IMG/VR virus record: IMGVR_UViG_3300035491_000193
Coordinates: 95,451-159,450 of that record
Reading direction: 5' to 3' (one strand)
Source: a virus
DNA: 64,000 bases
The position numbers were made by a program, and so were the translations under genes. The notes beneath the pieces were generated by a model, which did no database searches, had not been told where the DNA came from, and saw only the letters and a program-made list of their open reading frames with translations. Of the stretch, positions 36,338 through 47,100 are shown piece after piece (the stretch's first letter is position 1; the number at the start of each line of letters is the position of its first letter).

Positions 36338-37573
36338 TTATTTGATGCGTGCGCGGTAATGAATCATCGTTGGTTCAATTTCCATCACTGGCCGGTAGGG
36401 TGCAGCTCCGCCATTCATTCGGACCAGCTGCAGCCAGTCGGTGTCGTGGTGCATGTAGGTCTGTCGATGTGACTCCACGCCACACAGCGCCCAGACGAAC
36501 TCTCCGCGCACTGGCCAATACTCAATCCCCCGCCCCAAATGATCCACTAAACGAGAATGGGTGCGATCGATCGGGACCACGTAGCTTCCCATCTTGGCAC
36601 TCAGACTCACGCCGGTTTTATCCACCATCAGGTCCGGATTGTCAATCAGTACCAGAAAACTGTAGGGTGACGTCAGGTACTTGTGGATGGCGTTGTCGCT
36701 AGTGACATGACTCATCACAGATTGACTGTCGATGTCATCCAGTCCCATCATCTCCAAGTCCAACGTGTCTTGGGTCTCCAGCACCCGCTCGACATAACGA
36801 CTGTTCCGCAACGTTATCGCGATGGTGTTGTCACCAATCACCGACACTACATTATCGAGCAAGTGTAAATGACCGCCCAGTACCAACCCGACCGTCTTCC
36901 GGTTGATGTTCTGCCGAACGTCGATCAGGATGCGATCGAAGTAGGTGTGCTGCTCGCTGACCTTGTGGATGTTATCGGCAGTGATCGGAACCTGGGCTAT
37001 GGTGCCGATATGCTCAAATGACAGCAGGCCTGCGTCCATCCTACCCGACTTGCGGATGATATCGCCAGCGTACTTTAACCGGCAGCCGTATTGGTGATAG
37101 GTAGTGGGGACCACTAGCCCATTGATGGTGAACAGGCATTTATAATGCAAGTCAGCCGGAGCAATGTCGTCGTACGTGATGACCAAATCATCGTAATCTT
37201 CGACGGCCACCTCGTGTGAGGGGTGGTATCCGGCCTTGGCCATCTTAAAGGTGCCTTTACGCAGCGTGAGTGGCACGTAACGCGTTTCCCCAATGATTAA
37301 AGAAGGATGGCCGTCAGTCAGTTGCAATGCCTCATGGCCGATGTCGTTGAGCCACTGTGGGAGTGTCCGACGACTGTCTCGAATTCGCCCTTCATACTGG
37401 AACAAATCGAGGGTCTTGTCCGCCCCGTAGAAGTCCGTCAGCGGGACCTCCAGTTGGCGATAGTTGGCGATGAGTTCGTTTAGTGGTGTTAGTTCGATGT
37501 CGATGGTATCCCACCGTCGCGTTTGACGGGTCTTGGCCACTGCTAATCCCGCCAATTGATAATGACCGTGCAT
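36338..37573 (-). CDS. Conserved virion structural protein (411 aa)
   Basis: AAGGAG RBS; lies between spike and fibre genes; contains CLFTINGL motif. Confidence 0.6.
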   Translation of the reverse strand: MHGHYQLAGLAVAKTRQTRRWDTIDIELTPLNELIANYRQLEVPLTDFYGADKTLDLFQYEGRIRDSRRTLPQWLNDIGHEALQLTDGHPSLIIGETRYVPLTLRKGTFKMAKAGYHPSHEVAVEDYDDLVITYDDIAPADLHYKCLFTINGLVVPTTYHQYGCRLKYAGDIIRKSGRMDAGLLSFEHIGTIAQVPITADNIHKVSEQHTYFDRILIDVRQNINRKTVGLVLGGHLHLLDNVVSVIGDNTIAITLRNSRYVERVLETQDTLDLEMMGLDDIDSQSVMSHVTSDNAIHKYLTSPYSFLVLIDNPDLMVDKTGVSLSAKMGSYVVPIDRTHSRLVDHLGRGIEYWPVRGEFVWALCGVESHRQTYMHHDTDWLQLVRMNGGAAPYRPVMEIEPTMIHYRARIK

Positions 37574-37680
37574 GTATAAAGCTCCTTGAGATCATGGTGT
37601 CTGCGACTTACATACTATCGGCCCCGACAAATAGTATGTCTTGGATCTTATCTTATTACTCTAGTTATTTGAGGTGTGAA

Positions 37681-40600
37681 ATGCCCCAGTACGACTATAA
37701 TTTCGACCCGCACGCGTCGGCGCCGGAGAACTGGATTCTGGGCGAGGAGCATCCGACGGCGGTTACTGGCCAGCGTCGTGTGCTTGTCCCTAAATTCGCT
37801 CCTTTCTTTTTTAAGGACCTGGTGGTCCGTCTTGGGTCCGAGGAGCTCATTGAAGGACGAGACTATTACCTGTGCATTGCGTACCGGGAAGCCAGTCATC
37901 GATTCGGCCAGTTGGTGTTCGGTGGCATCTGGTTGATTGACGACAAACGCGCCGGGACGTTTCGCATTGACTACCGCACAGTAGGTGACAAATACACCCT
38001 ACCGCGATCACGCATTACGCAATACCTGACCAATGAGTTGACTGACCCACAACAGGCAGACTGGATTGATGTCATGGGTCAGCCAATGTTCATCCCACCT
38101 GTGGAGATCAAGTTTGATCGTCCCGCATACTACGACGAACAGGTGTTGTCCGCCAGCATCCGTACGTTGGCCGACGGCATCAGCGCCAAGGACCCGAAAG
38201 AGGACGAACTTTACCAGTTCCTCGATCGCTGGTTGCGGGAGCTGGAGCGGGTAGTACACACCTCACCGATGATTGCTCACCTGACCAATAAAAACAACCC
38301 ACACGGCACTAAATGGTTCCATGCCGACGCATTGAAGGTGGATGGGGTTGCTGCGAACTCAGCAAAAGCCTACGGAAAAACTTTGGCTGAATTGACCGCA
38401 TATGTGAATGCTCGAGGCATTACCCAAGCGCATCTGGACGCCTACATCAAACTCCGTGGTGGGAAAACCGTGACAGGTGATTTGCGCTTGCGCGACGGTG
38501 CCATGTTGATTGAGGGTATGAAGAATGGTGCTGGAGTGGTGTTGAGTCTTGATTGCGGCAATGCTGCAGTTGACAGTAAGAAGGGGGTGGCAGTCACCGC
38601 TGACAAGAACGCTAATCAACCTGGCAAACGAGTGAAGCTGCAAGCTGGCACTAACGTACTGGAGGTGATTTCTTCCGGTGGTGTGCAAGAAAAGGATAAC
38701 TTGCGTCTCAACGGCCACCCTGTGGTGCATGAAGGAAACCTTACCGATCATATCCCCTCGGTAGGTACGTATATCGTCGACTTACGTACAGCTGACACCC
38801 TCGTGCTGAAATTCAGCGGATTAGGAACAGTAGCCAGCCCCCTCAAGATCGAGGCTATGATACCGCAATCGGGCCTTGGCTTGCCAGGCATCGCCACCGT
38901 AACAAGCCAGTCGGGAACCCAAACCGATCGTGCAATCAGCGAGCACGCGGTTAAGTTGACCAACGATGAGTTTACCAACAAGGTGCCCAAGACGCGCACG
39001 ATCAATGGACAGCCTTTGTCGAGTGACGTGACTTTAACTGCTGACAGTATTGGGTTGGGCAATGTGGTGAACGTGCCTGACACGGGCCTGCCTGCAAACC
39101 CCAACCATACACTGTTGTTGGAGAACAAGGCACCAGCTGTGCATGAGCATGGTATCGAGGATTTCGCAGTGCCGACAGCCACCACTACCGTAAAGGGCGT
39201 GGCGCGAGTAACGGAAGATCTGTCTGCACCCAACAACACTGACGTGGCGGACAGTATTAAGGTGGCGGAGATTGCCGACCGCGCAAACTTTGCAGTGAGT
39301 CAGATCTTCACCCGCCTGCCGAAGAACCTTATCGACGTGTCCCACTTTGGTGGTTATGGTACGTCTCCAATTGCGGTAAACAAGAATGGGTGGAAGTTGA
39401 CCTTCACCCAAACTCAGCCTTACTACACTGGGCAGGTGCAATATACGTTACCGATCACTGAACTGGATCTGGCGGTGCTGTTCCCCACTACGCGGTTTAA
39501 CACCGCGTTCTACATCTACGTGGAGGTGGTGGGGGGCAGCGCTAGATATGTCCTTAGGGGTGATTTTGTGGTGGATTCTGCCGCTATGTTACGGATTGGT
39601 AAGCTCACCACCAACAGTACTGGCATTGTAACGGTGGAGGTGCTGCGCAGATGTCGGCTGGGGCAGTTCCGGGAACTAACCGACCATATCGAGGCACGCA
39701 GTGCGCACGGGTTCGATGCTGAGTCAGTTACCCCTCAGGATGTCGGACTGGGTCTAGTGGAGAACAAGCCACTCTTGGAGAGCCTGGTGATTCCGTCGTT
39801 TCGGGAGGTCTTCGATACGTGGTATCGGTTTTCACATCGCAGTGACGGCGTGTACCCATCACTGCCCGCTGAAACAACCACATGGGAATATTTGCCCGCC
39901 ACTGACAGCATACGTAACCTGACCAATTCATCGTCCTGCGTGGGGATGGTTAGTAACTCACTGGTCGGAGACTACGAGTTCGAGTGTGCAGTCTCATCAA
40001 CCAATGCGGACGATGACCATATCGGCATTGTGCTGGGTTTCGCCATTATTGATGGGGTTGAGCATACGCTCATTGCATATGCCACCGGGACCGATACTAG
40101 GGACTACTCTTTCTTCGTGGCATATAACTACACGCAGTCGTTGCACGGTGGTAGAGTGCTGTGGCAATTCAACCAACCACTTCGCAAAGGTTGGGATGAG
40201 TTGGGCGAGTGCACCATCCGAGCAGTTAAGGTGGGTAATAGGATTGATCTGGAGTTCTCCCCTTTTAGCGGTGCGTCAGAAAGTGTGGGCGCCACTTATA
40301 CCGTAGAACTCACTGGAGACCTTGAAAAGTTTCGAGGCTCTACGCGGTTTGGGTATACTGCTCAATCCCAAGCCTATTCTACATGGCGGAATATCAAACG
40401 CCCTGACGAGAGTGTGGGTAACTACTACGCCGATGGCAAGCTCCTTGCCCAGAACTACTCATGGGGAGTGCGTACCACGGTAATTTCCGGCAAGCTCGCG
40501 GTGAATAACGTCAATGGCACGTATTCCATCCCACTACCACGGGTGGTTGATCCTGCCAGTTATCACGTCTGGTTGGGGCACACCAAGATCCAAGATACAA

Positions 40601-40743
40601 ACGGCGGTCTTAAGACCGGTACCTTGACATTCACCAAGTATAACAACCGAGTGGAGGTGACCGAGGACACCGGTTGGTCTATCAATCAAATTGCCTATGT
40701 TATCACCATCTTCAACGATGTGCGGATGTACACCAACAATTAA
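37681..40743 (+). CDS. Tail fibre/baseplate-associated protein, paralog 1
   Basis: GAGGT RBS before ATG 37681; N-terminal YNFDP...NWI..EEH, NPH motif, RTING...SDVTL and ATTTVKGVAR fibre repeats; C-terminal DDD lectin-like domain. Confidence 0.75.
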   Translation: MPQYDYNFDPHASAPENWILGEEHPTAVTGQRRVLVPKFAPFFFKDLVVRLGSEELIEGRDYYLCIAYREASHRFGQLVFGGIWLIDDKRAGTFRIDYRTVGDKYTLPRSRITQYLTNELTDPQQADWIDVMGQPMFIPPVEIKFDRPAYYDEQVLSASIRTLADGISAKDPKEDELYQFLDRWLRELERVVHTSPMIAHLTNKNNPHGTKWFHADALKVDGVAANSAKAYGKTLAELTAYVNARGITQAHLDAYIKLRGGKTVTGDLRLRDGAMLIEGMKNGAGVVLSLDCGNAAVDSKKGVAVTADKNANQPGKRVKLQAGTNVLEVISSGGVQEKDNLRLNGHPVVHEGNLTDHIPSVGTYIVDLRTADTLVLKFSGLGTVASPLKIEAMIPQSGLGLPGIATVTSQSGTQTDRAISEHAVKLTNDEFTNKVPKTRTINGQPLSSDVTLTADSIGLGNVVNVPDTGLPANPNHTLLLENKAPAVHEHGIEDFAVPTATTTVKGVARVTEDLSAPNNTDVADSIKVAEIADRANFAVSQIFTRLPKNLIDVSHFGGYGTSPIAVNKNGWKLTFTQTQPYYTGQVQYTLPITELDLAVLFPTTRFNTAFYIYVEVVGGSARYVLRGDFVVDSAAMLRIGKLTTNSTGIVTVEVLRRCRLGQFRELTDHIEARSAHGFDAESVTPQDVGLGLVENKPLLESLVIPSFREVFDTWYRFSHRSDGVYPSLPAETTTWEYLPATDSIRNLTNSSSCVGMVSNSLVGDYEFECAVSSTNADDDHIGIVLGFAIIDGVEHTLIAYATGTDTRDYSFFVAYNYTQSLHGGRVLWQFNQPLRKGWDELGECTIRAVKVGNRIDLEFSPFSGASESVGATYTVELTGDLEKFRGSTRFGYTAQSQAYSTWRNIKRPDESVGNYYADGKLLAQNYSWGVRTTVISGKLAVNNVNGTYSIPLPRVVDPASYHVWLGHTKIQDTNGGLKTGTLTFTKYNNRVEVTEDTGWSINQIAYVITIFNDVRMYTNN

Positions 40744-40758
40744 TCCATGGAGACAAGC

Positions 40759-43700
40759 ATGTCTATTGTCGTCGCTTACCCATACGACCCCGATGGGTCT
40801 CGGGAAGAATGTCGCATCAAGGACGAGCGCCACGTCATCACCACCAACAACAACACGTATCGGGTGATTGCACCGGAACTGGCGCCGTTCTTTCGGAAGG
40901 ATCTGGAGGTCGTGCATACGGCCTCCGCCCACGTATTAAAAGAGGGGGTGGACTATTACCTCGGCAATAAACTGACTAGCGTGAAAGCGATCGCCAGTTC
41001 TCCACTGTTTGGCACTATTGTGTTGATCAACCCTAACCTGTTTGGGGAGTTCACCTTGAATTACCGAACCGTTGGCTCCACGTTCGTGGGGGTGCGGTCT
41101 GAGATCATGACGTATTTGGCGAATCACTTGACTGATCCGGTGAAGACACCCTTTGAGCGGATTATTGATCGTCCCGAATACTACACTCCACACGAGCACG
41201 AAATGCACTACGCTGACTTTCTTAACAAAGAAGGGGTGGCGGATGCGTTGGAGGACCTTAATCAAGCGATTCTTGATGCTAGTGCAAACGAAGCCGCGGT
41301 CGCAGTGGCGGACCTGGAGCAACGCGTTGTGGCATTGAACGCGTTGCTGAACCAGTACCGTTACGACCTGCATATTGTTGATAAGACCAACCCACATGCC
41401 ACTACCGCAGTGCAGGCCATGGCGCTCCCGGCGCATCAGGCTGCGCAAGACACGTTCTTGGCGTTTAACAAGACCTTGATGGAGTTGGCTGAATACATCA
41501 ACGTGCGAGGTATCACTCAGGCCGATATGGACCTTTATCTGCATAAGGTCACCAGTCAGACACTGTCAGACACGCTGACGCTGCAAGACGGTCAAGCGGT
41601 ACTGCGCAACCAGCTAGGCAATGTGACCCTTAACCTGGCGAGTGGGGATGTGGTGCTGAATGCACCCGGAATGATCGAGTTGGCGGCGGCAGTGGGTGTG
41701 TTGACCTCAGCGATTCCTAACCGGCTAAAGGCCGGCAAGAACGTGCTGGAAATAATCAGTGATGGTAGTGTGCGTGCTGAAACGTCCCTGAAGTACAACG
41801 GCAAGATGGTCTACACCACCAAGAACATTCGTGCCGAGCTGTTGGGGATTGGTGCTGGACCATCGCGGATTGTAACTGCTAACACACAGTACGTGGAGAT
41901 GTCTGGCGCTGGCTGGGAGGCGGCACCTCTGGTGGCGAACCTGCGGTTACCAGCAGCCACCCTTACGGGGCGGGGGATCACCCGTTTATCCAGCAGCTTG
42001 ACTGGCACGCGACAAAACGTGGCCGCCACACCAAAAGCCATCAACGATCTGAGACTGAAGGTTAACAATTACGTGCCGTCGTCTCGACGCGTCAATGGAA
42101 AAGAGTTAACGGCGGACGTAACCGTCACTACTGCAGATCTTAATCTGGACCGCGTTGACAACACCAACGATTTGGAAAAGCCGATCTCCACACCGCAACA
42201 GCAGTTGTTAGCCGGATATGCCGCTCCGGGTCACAAACACCCGGTGGGTGAGATCGAGGTTCCCATCGCCGACGAGACCACCGCCGGTATCATGTCCATG
42301 GTGAATGACCTTGAGGTGATTACGTCAATGCGAGGTGGTGCGACACCACAGGTGGCGTCGGAAATTGACGCAGTGATCAAGGAACTGGAATATGACACCG
42401 GGGCGTTGCAGCATTCATCGACGTTGAACCTCAAGTGGTGGACGTTGGATGATGCCGTGGGTTTCGAGGAACCGATTATCACGTACAGTGGGTTTGTGAT
42501 CACGATTCCTGCCGGTGCTAAGGTCTACCTTAACCAAGTGGATTTTACCATCGATCGCTCCAGAACCGTTAATGGCGCTACGTTAGATTTGGCGACGCTG
42601 TTCCCAACCAATCATAAGTACCGTACATTCTACATCTACATGCAGATGGTTAACGGTAACATTGACTATGTCGCACTCACCTCCCGTAAGGTTGTAGAAT
42701 CAAACAGTGAGTGTTTCTTGTTTGCTGTGCAGACCGATGGCACCACACTCACTGCCGGTAGTGGTTATGGTTTTGCGGTGCCGTCTGACGGCATTCTGCA
42801 TGTACAGCCTGTCACGTCCGTGGGGATGTTTTCAGAACTGGAAGCCCACCTTGATGAAACACTCCCTCATGGCGGCGGTGCCAACGACGGTCTGACCCAA
42901 CTGGGACTTGACTTGTTGAAGAACGTACCGACATCTGACGGGGTGTCGATTTACTCGCACGATAACCTGGACCGTTGGGATATCGTGACCACGTACAGTG
43001 ATGTGGCGTTTAGTAAGCGACTAATCTCAGTAGGGGGGTCTACAGCAGCGATGGGAACCATAATGTCCAGTCAGGTCACGCAGAACGGACACACGATCCT
43101 TTATAGTCGGATGCCGCAGTGGGACGACAACATACGTCAGCGTACTGTTTCGTACGTGATCGAACCGGGCGGTACAGCGAATCAGACCGCAGTCGGGATT
43201 TGTGTTGGTGAGGGAGTTATTAACAACACCCCGGCAGTGGTAGTGGTTGGCATTCACAATAGCGGCGACGTTACGTTCGAGGTGATAGTAAAAGACGGCG
43301 GCTTCCAACTGATTCCAATCACGGTATTATTGACCGGCGATAGCCAGATGCCTGCCAACATCCCGTACCATGTCAAAACCACGATCAATAAAGATGGCGA
43401 TACTCCGTTTGTGATCACAGTCACGATGGCACACGGCAATACGTACCGGGAGGTGACTTGTACAGTACGTAAAGGGATCAATTTGGAGTTTCATGTGGAG
43501 CGCACGGCGTATGCGGCTGGCTCAATTCCTGTATACACCACCAACGCGGTGACGGTTGAAAGTGTTGGTGCGTCTGCAGGTTTGCGTGATGTGGTTGGGC
43601 CGGATGTGTTTGGTCTCACTGTAGGGCCACGCGTCGGCGCAGGGTCGGGCCCGTGGCAGTCGGAGGTTACCATTAACTGCGTTGGGGACAGCGCGTTAGG

Positions 43701-44088
43701 GCAGTCGCAGGAGTACTTAACTGCCGAGGCTGCGTATAATGCCATTAAAACCAACGCGAACGTCATGATACTGACCGGTCAGACAACAGGCACGCTCCCA
43801 GTACCACCTCCATGTTCACGGTATGTGGTGTTGTATGGCTTTGGCGATATCGGTACCGCGGGCGCTGCGAGTAACGGAACGGGTCCTGGTATCGACGGCT
43901 TCGACATTCGACTGTCGCGTCCGGCGGAGAGTGATGCAGACATCACATCCAGGCTGGTGCAGGGGGCCGACACCCTCAAGACGCACACGCTGACAATCAA
44001 AACCAAGTACGAGTCGGAGGGCGCCGCCGCAGCAGCCACCCATCCCGGCACGTTAAACTACATGATCATCGCATATCGCGACATCTAA
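40759..44088 (+). CDS. Tail fibre/baseplate-associated protein, paralog 2 (ATG 40747 also possible)
   Basis: YPYDPDG...I..ERH N-terminus, NPH, and RRVNG...ADVTV repeats; distinct C-terminus. Confidence 0.75.
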   Translation: MSIVVAYPYDPDGSREECRIKDERHVITTNNNTYRVIAPELAPFFRKDLEVVHTASAHVLKEGVDYYLGNKLTSVKAIASSPLFGTIVLINPNLFGEFTLNYRTVGSTFVGVRSEIMTYLANHLTDPVKTPFERIIDRPEYYTPHEHEMHYADFLNKEGVADALEDLNQAILDASANEAAVAVADLEQRVVALNALLNQYRYDLHIVDKTNPHATTAVQAMALPAHQAAQDTFLAFNKTLMELAEYINVRGITQADMDLYLHKVTSQTLSDTLTLQDGQAVLRNQLGNVTLNLASGDVVLNAPGMIELAAAVGVLTSAIPNRLKAGKNVLEIISDGSVRAETSLKYNGKMVYTTKNIRAELLGIGAGPSRIVTANTQYVEMSGAGWEAAPLVANLRLPAATLTGRGITRLSSSLTGTRQNVAATPKAINDLRLKVNNYVPSSRRVNGKELTADVTVTTADLNLDRVDNTNDLEKPISTPQQQLLAGYAAPGHKHPVGEIEVPIADETTAGIMSMVNDLEVITSMRGGATPQVASEIDAVIKELEYDTGALQHSSTLNLKWWTLDDAVGFEEPIITYSGFVITIPAGAKVYLNQVDFTIDRSRTVNGATLDLATLFPTNHKYRTFYIYMQMVNGNIDYVALTSRKVVESNSECFLFAVQTDGTTLTAGSGYGFAVPSDGILHVQPVTSVGMFSELEAHLDETLPHGGGANDGLTQLGLDLLKNVPTSDGVSIYSHDNLDRWDIVTTYSDVAFSKRLISVGGSTAAMGTIMSSQVTQNGHTILYSRMPQWDDNIRQRTVSYVIEPGGTANQTAVGICVGEGVINNTPAVVVVGIHNSGDVTFEVIVKDGGFQLIPITVLLTGDSQMPANIPYHVKTTINKDGDTPFVITVTMAHGNTYREVTCTVRKGINLEFHVERTAYAAGSIPVYTTNAVTVESVGASAGLRDVVGPDVFGLTVGPRVGAGSGPWQSEVTINCVGDSALGQSQEYLTAEAAYNAIKTNANVMILTGQTTGTLPVPPPCSRYVVLYGFGDIGTAGAASNGTGPGIDGFDIRLSRPAESDADITSRLVQGADTLKTHTLTIKTKYESEGAAAAATHPGTLNYMIIAYRDI

Positions 44089-44161
44089 ACCCATAATGAA
44101 TCAGGTGGTCGTCCTTAGGGACGGCCATCTTTTGTATGTATCTAACTTGAGGTTTCTCGTC

Positions 44162-47100
44162 ATGGCCGATTACGCCTATCCGTACGATTCAACTGCTTCG
44201 TCTGCCGCTAACTTGGTCGTGGACGAGCGGCACGCCTTGGCTGACTACCCGAATAAGTGGGGGTCAGTCATCCCTAAATTTGCCCCCTTTTACCGTAAAG
44301 ACCTGGTGGTGCGGCATCGTCCTTCTGGCCGTACGCTATTGGAGGGGATCGACTACTACCTCGGTCATCGTTTCGCTGAGGCCTCCACTGCGAACAAAAT
44401 GCCAGTGTACGGCAGCATCATGTTGTTGGATCGCAGCCTGGCAGGCGAAGTGGAATTTAAGCAGTATCGGACGCTGGGCGGTCCCCACACCATCCCGTTT
44501 GAAGAAGCACTGAACTACCTGGCACGCGAAGACAACCCTGATCCGCGCAACGCAGACTGGGTTGATGTAATGAAGTTCCCACGCATGGTGCCGGTGATCG
44601 TTGCCCCTGATGACATCAATGGGGCCATTCGCGATGACGCCATTACTGGGAAATTGGATAAATTGGCTGCGACATTGCGCCAACTGGCAGAGCAGGAACG
44701 TCAAGCTTACGAAAATGTCATGGCTAGCATTGCAGCGTTGGGTGATAAAATCCATACGTTTGATGTGGCAGTGCATGAAGATCGCACATACCCCCATGCA
44801 GTTACTTACACTCAGCTTAACGCCATCAAGAAGGACGGTACTGCGGTTGATGCACTGAAAGCGTACGGACTCACACTGGCACAGTTTGTGGCCTTTGTGG
44901 AAAGTGCTGCGATTGAAATTAGTGACAAGGAACGCTTGGCGGATTTGATCGGTGACCAACTGCAAGGGCGGCTGCGGCTCGAGGGCGATACTTGCGTGAT
45001 TCAGGGTCAGGGCGGTGCCAGTACCTTGGACCTGAAGACTGGGGATTTGGCACTGGTCGCTACAGGTAACGTGACTCTGACGTCAAACGGCACCGAAGAC
45101 AAAACCGCAATTGGTCTGCAATCTGGCCAGAACTCGTTATCACTTCACCGCAGTTACAGCCACGACGTGACTGACCCACTGGTGTATAACGGCTTCTATG
45201 TGATCCATGCAGGTAATATCGCCGATTACGTACCTGATCAAGGTAGTAGTAGTCAGCAGGTATATACGGGCGCTGGCGACCATATTACTTTACGCGGTAT
45301 TGGCACACCGTCTCGCCCTTTGACTGGTGATGTGTCGTTCCCCATCGCCACCGCTACCGCTGACGGTCTGTTTAGCTTGTCGACATCAACAGTGTCTAAC
45401 GACACGGACAAGGCAGCCACACCGAGCGCCCTGAAAGCAATCCATGACCTACTGGCGACGCTGGTGCCCACCTCGCGTATGGTGAATGGACGTGCTTTAA
45501 CTGGCAACCTGACATTCAGCAAGACTGACTTTGGCCTGGGTCGTGTGGACAACACCCATCCCAATAGCAAACCTGCCAGTAACGCATTCAAGACAGCTGC
45601 TGCTGCGAAGCCGGCAGTGGATCATACACACACCCTGGCTGATCTGGAAGGGTTGGAGGCTGCGGGACCTGAGAGTCGGGGGCTGGTTAAATTAGCTACC
45701 GACATCAGTAGTGCGACGGACAGTGTGATCACCACCGCAGTGGCTGCAGGACTGGACGACCGGACAGAGGCCGTTGAAAACGACCTGTTCGAAACCATCC
45801 CAAGTGAAGCGTTTGACATTCAAAAGTACGGCGATGCAAGCTATCTTCCCATTCCTGCCCGCGGGAGCTATCCTGCAGCCGGGGTAAATATCAGCAATTA
45901 TGCAGTTGTTGGTGAGTTCGAGGTGGGCGGTAGGTTAGTTCTACTTCGTAATGGTGCGGACGTTATTGACAGCGGTGTATATTATTCGTATGGTGACCTT
46001 GACGGATCGGGCGGTTTCTCAAGGTTTATCAACACAGCGGCTGAGTATCGACCTCGCTACTTACCGTTCGGTGTTCGGGTGCTGGCCGCATCCCGCGGCA
46101 GTGCCGGTGTGTTTATTGCCAAGATGTCGGACGGTAATGCACATTTGGTACTTACCCGAGGCACTATGGATGGCGAGCACCATGTCGGCTCACCGCTTTT
46201 GGGTGAATGGTGGATGAACTGGAATACGATTCCATTCATTGCCGGTGAATATGTTTATATCTTACATCAAGAAGTTGGCCGTGGGTTGGGCTTATCCGTC
46301 AGGTTGTGGCGTGTGTCAGTTAGTGACGTCGAGCGTGGGGTGGCATTAGCGCCTGCGGCGGTTAAGCTGTCTGGCATCGATATTTATGGCGACGCTTTCG
46401 CTAACGTAGATATTGCCCCCCTGTCTCGCGTAAATGTGTCAAGTAACATTTCAGATAAACCGTACGCACTACGTGAAGATAACGGCACTTGGACCACAGT
46501 TATGCCTGTCAGGTCGTTAAATAACTACGACATCGCAATTCGAGAGGATGAGGTCAGGGTGTTCAACTACACGACTGTGTATCTGAGAAATGCCACCGAA
46601 TCCCGACATCACCGAGTTAGTTATAGTTACCGCGTTGATTTTAAAACTGGGGTTGTTAACTTAGATGATCGTAGTGCCTTCCCAATTAAAATTAAGCCTA
46701 CTGGTGCCGAGACGACGGCGATCGCGCCGAGCGGTGAATGGGCCGCAATGCCTTATGGTAACGTGGACCGATTGGCTGGCGTAATCGACGCGGGTGACCG
46801 AATGTGTGCGGTCGCTTACCATCGAACTTACATGATTCCGAAGGTGGTACCATTCTCCAAAAACGACGGGACGGTGAGCAAGTTTGACCACCTCAGCGCT
46901 GCAACTAAACGAATAACGTTTAGCTACAGTAACGAGGTGGATCTTGCCGGCGCCCGCGGTTCTGTTGCTGGATCCGTGCCGATGTCGGTGGGTTTTCTCT
47001 CTGACAATAAAATTATTGCACGTGAACGTGCGGGCACTAGCAATATCCTGCAATACGACCCTAGCGGCGAATACGTCACCGGCGACGGCGGTTTTGGTCC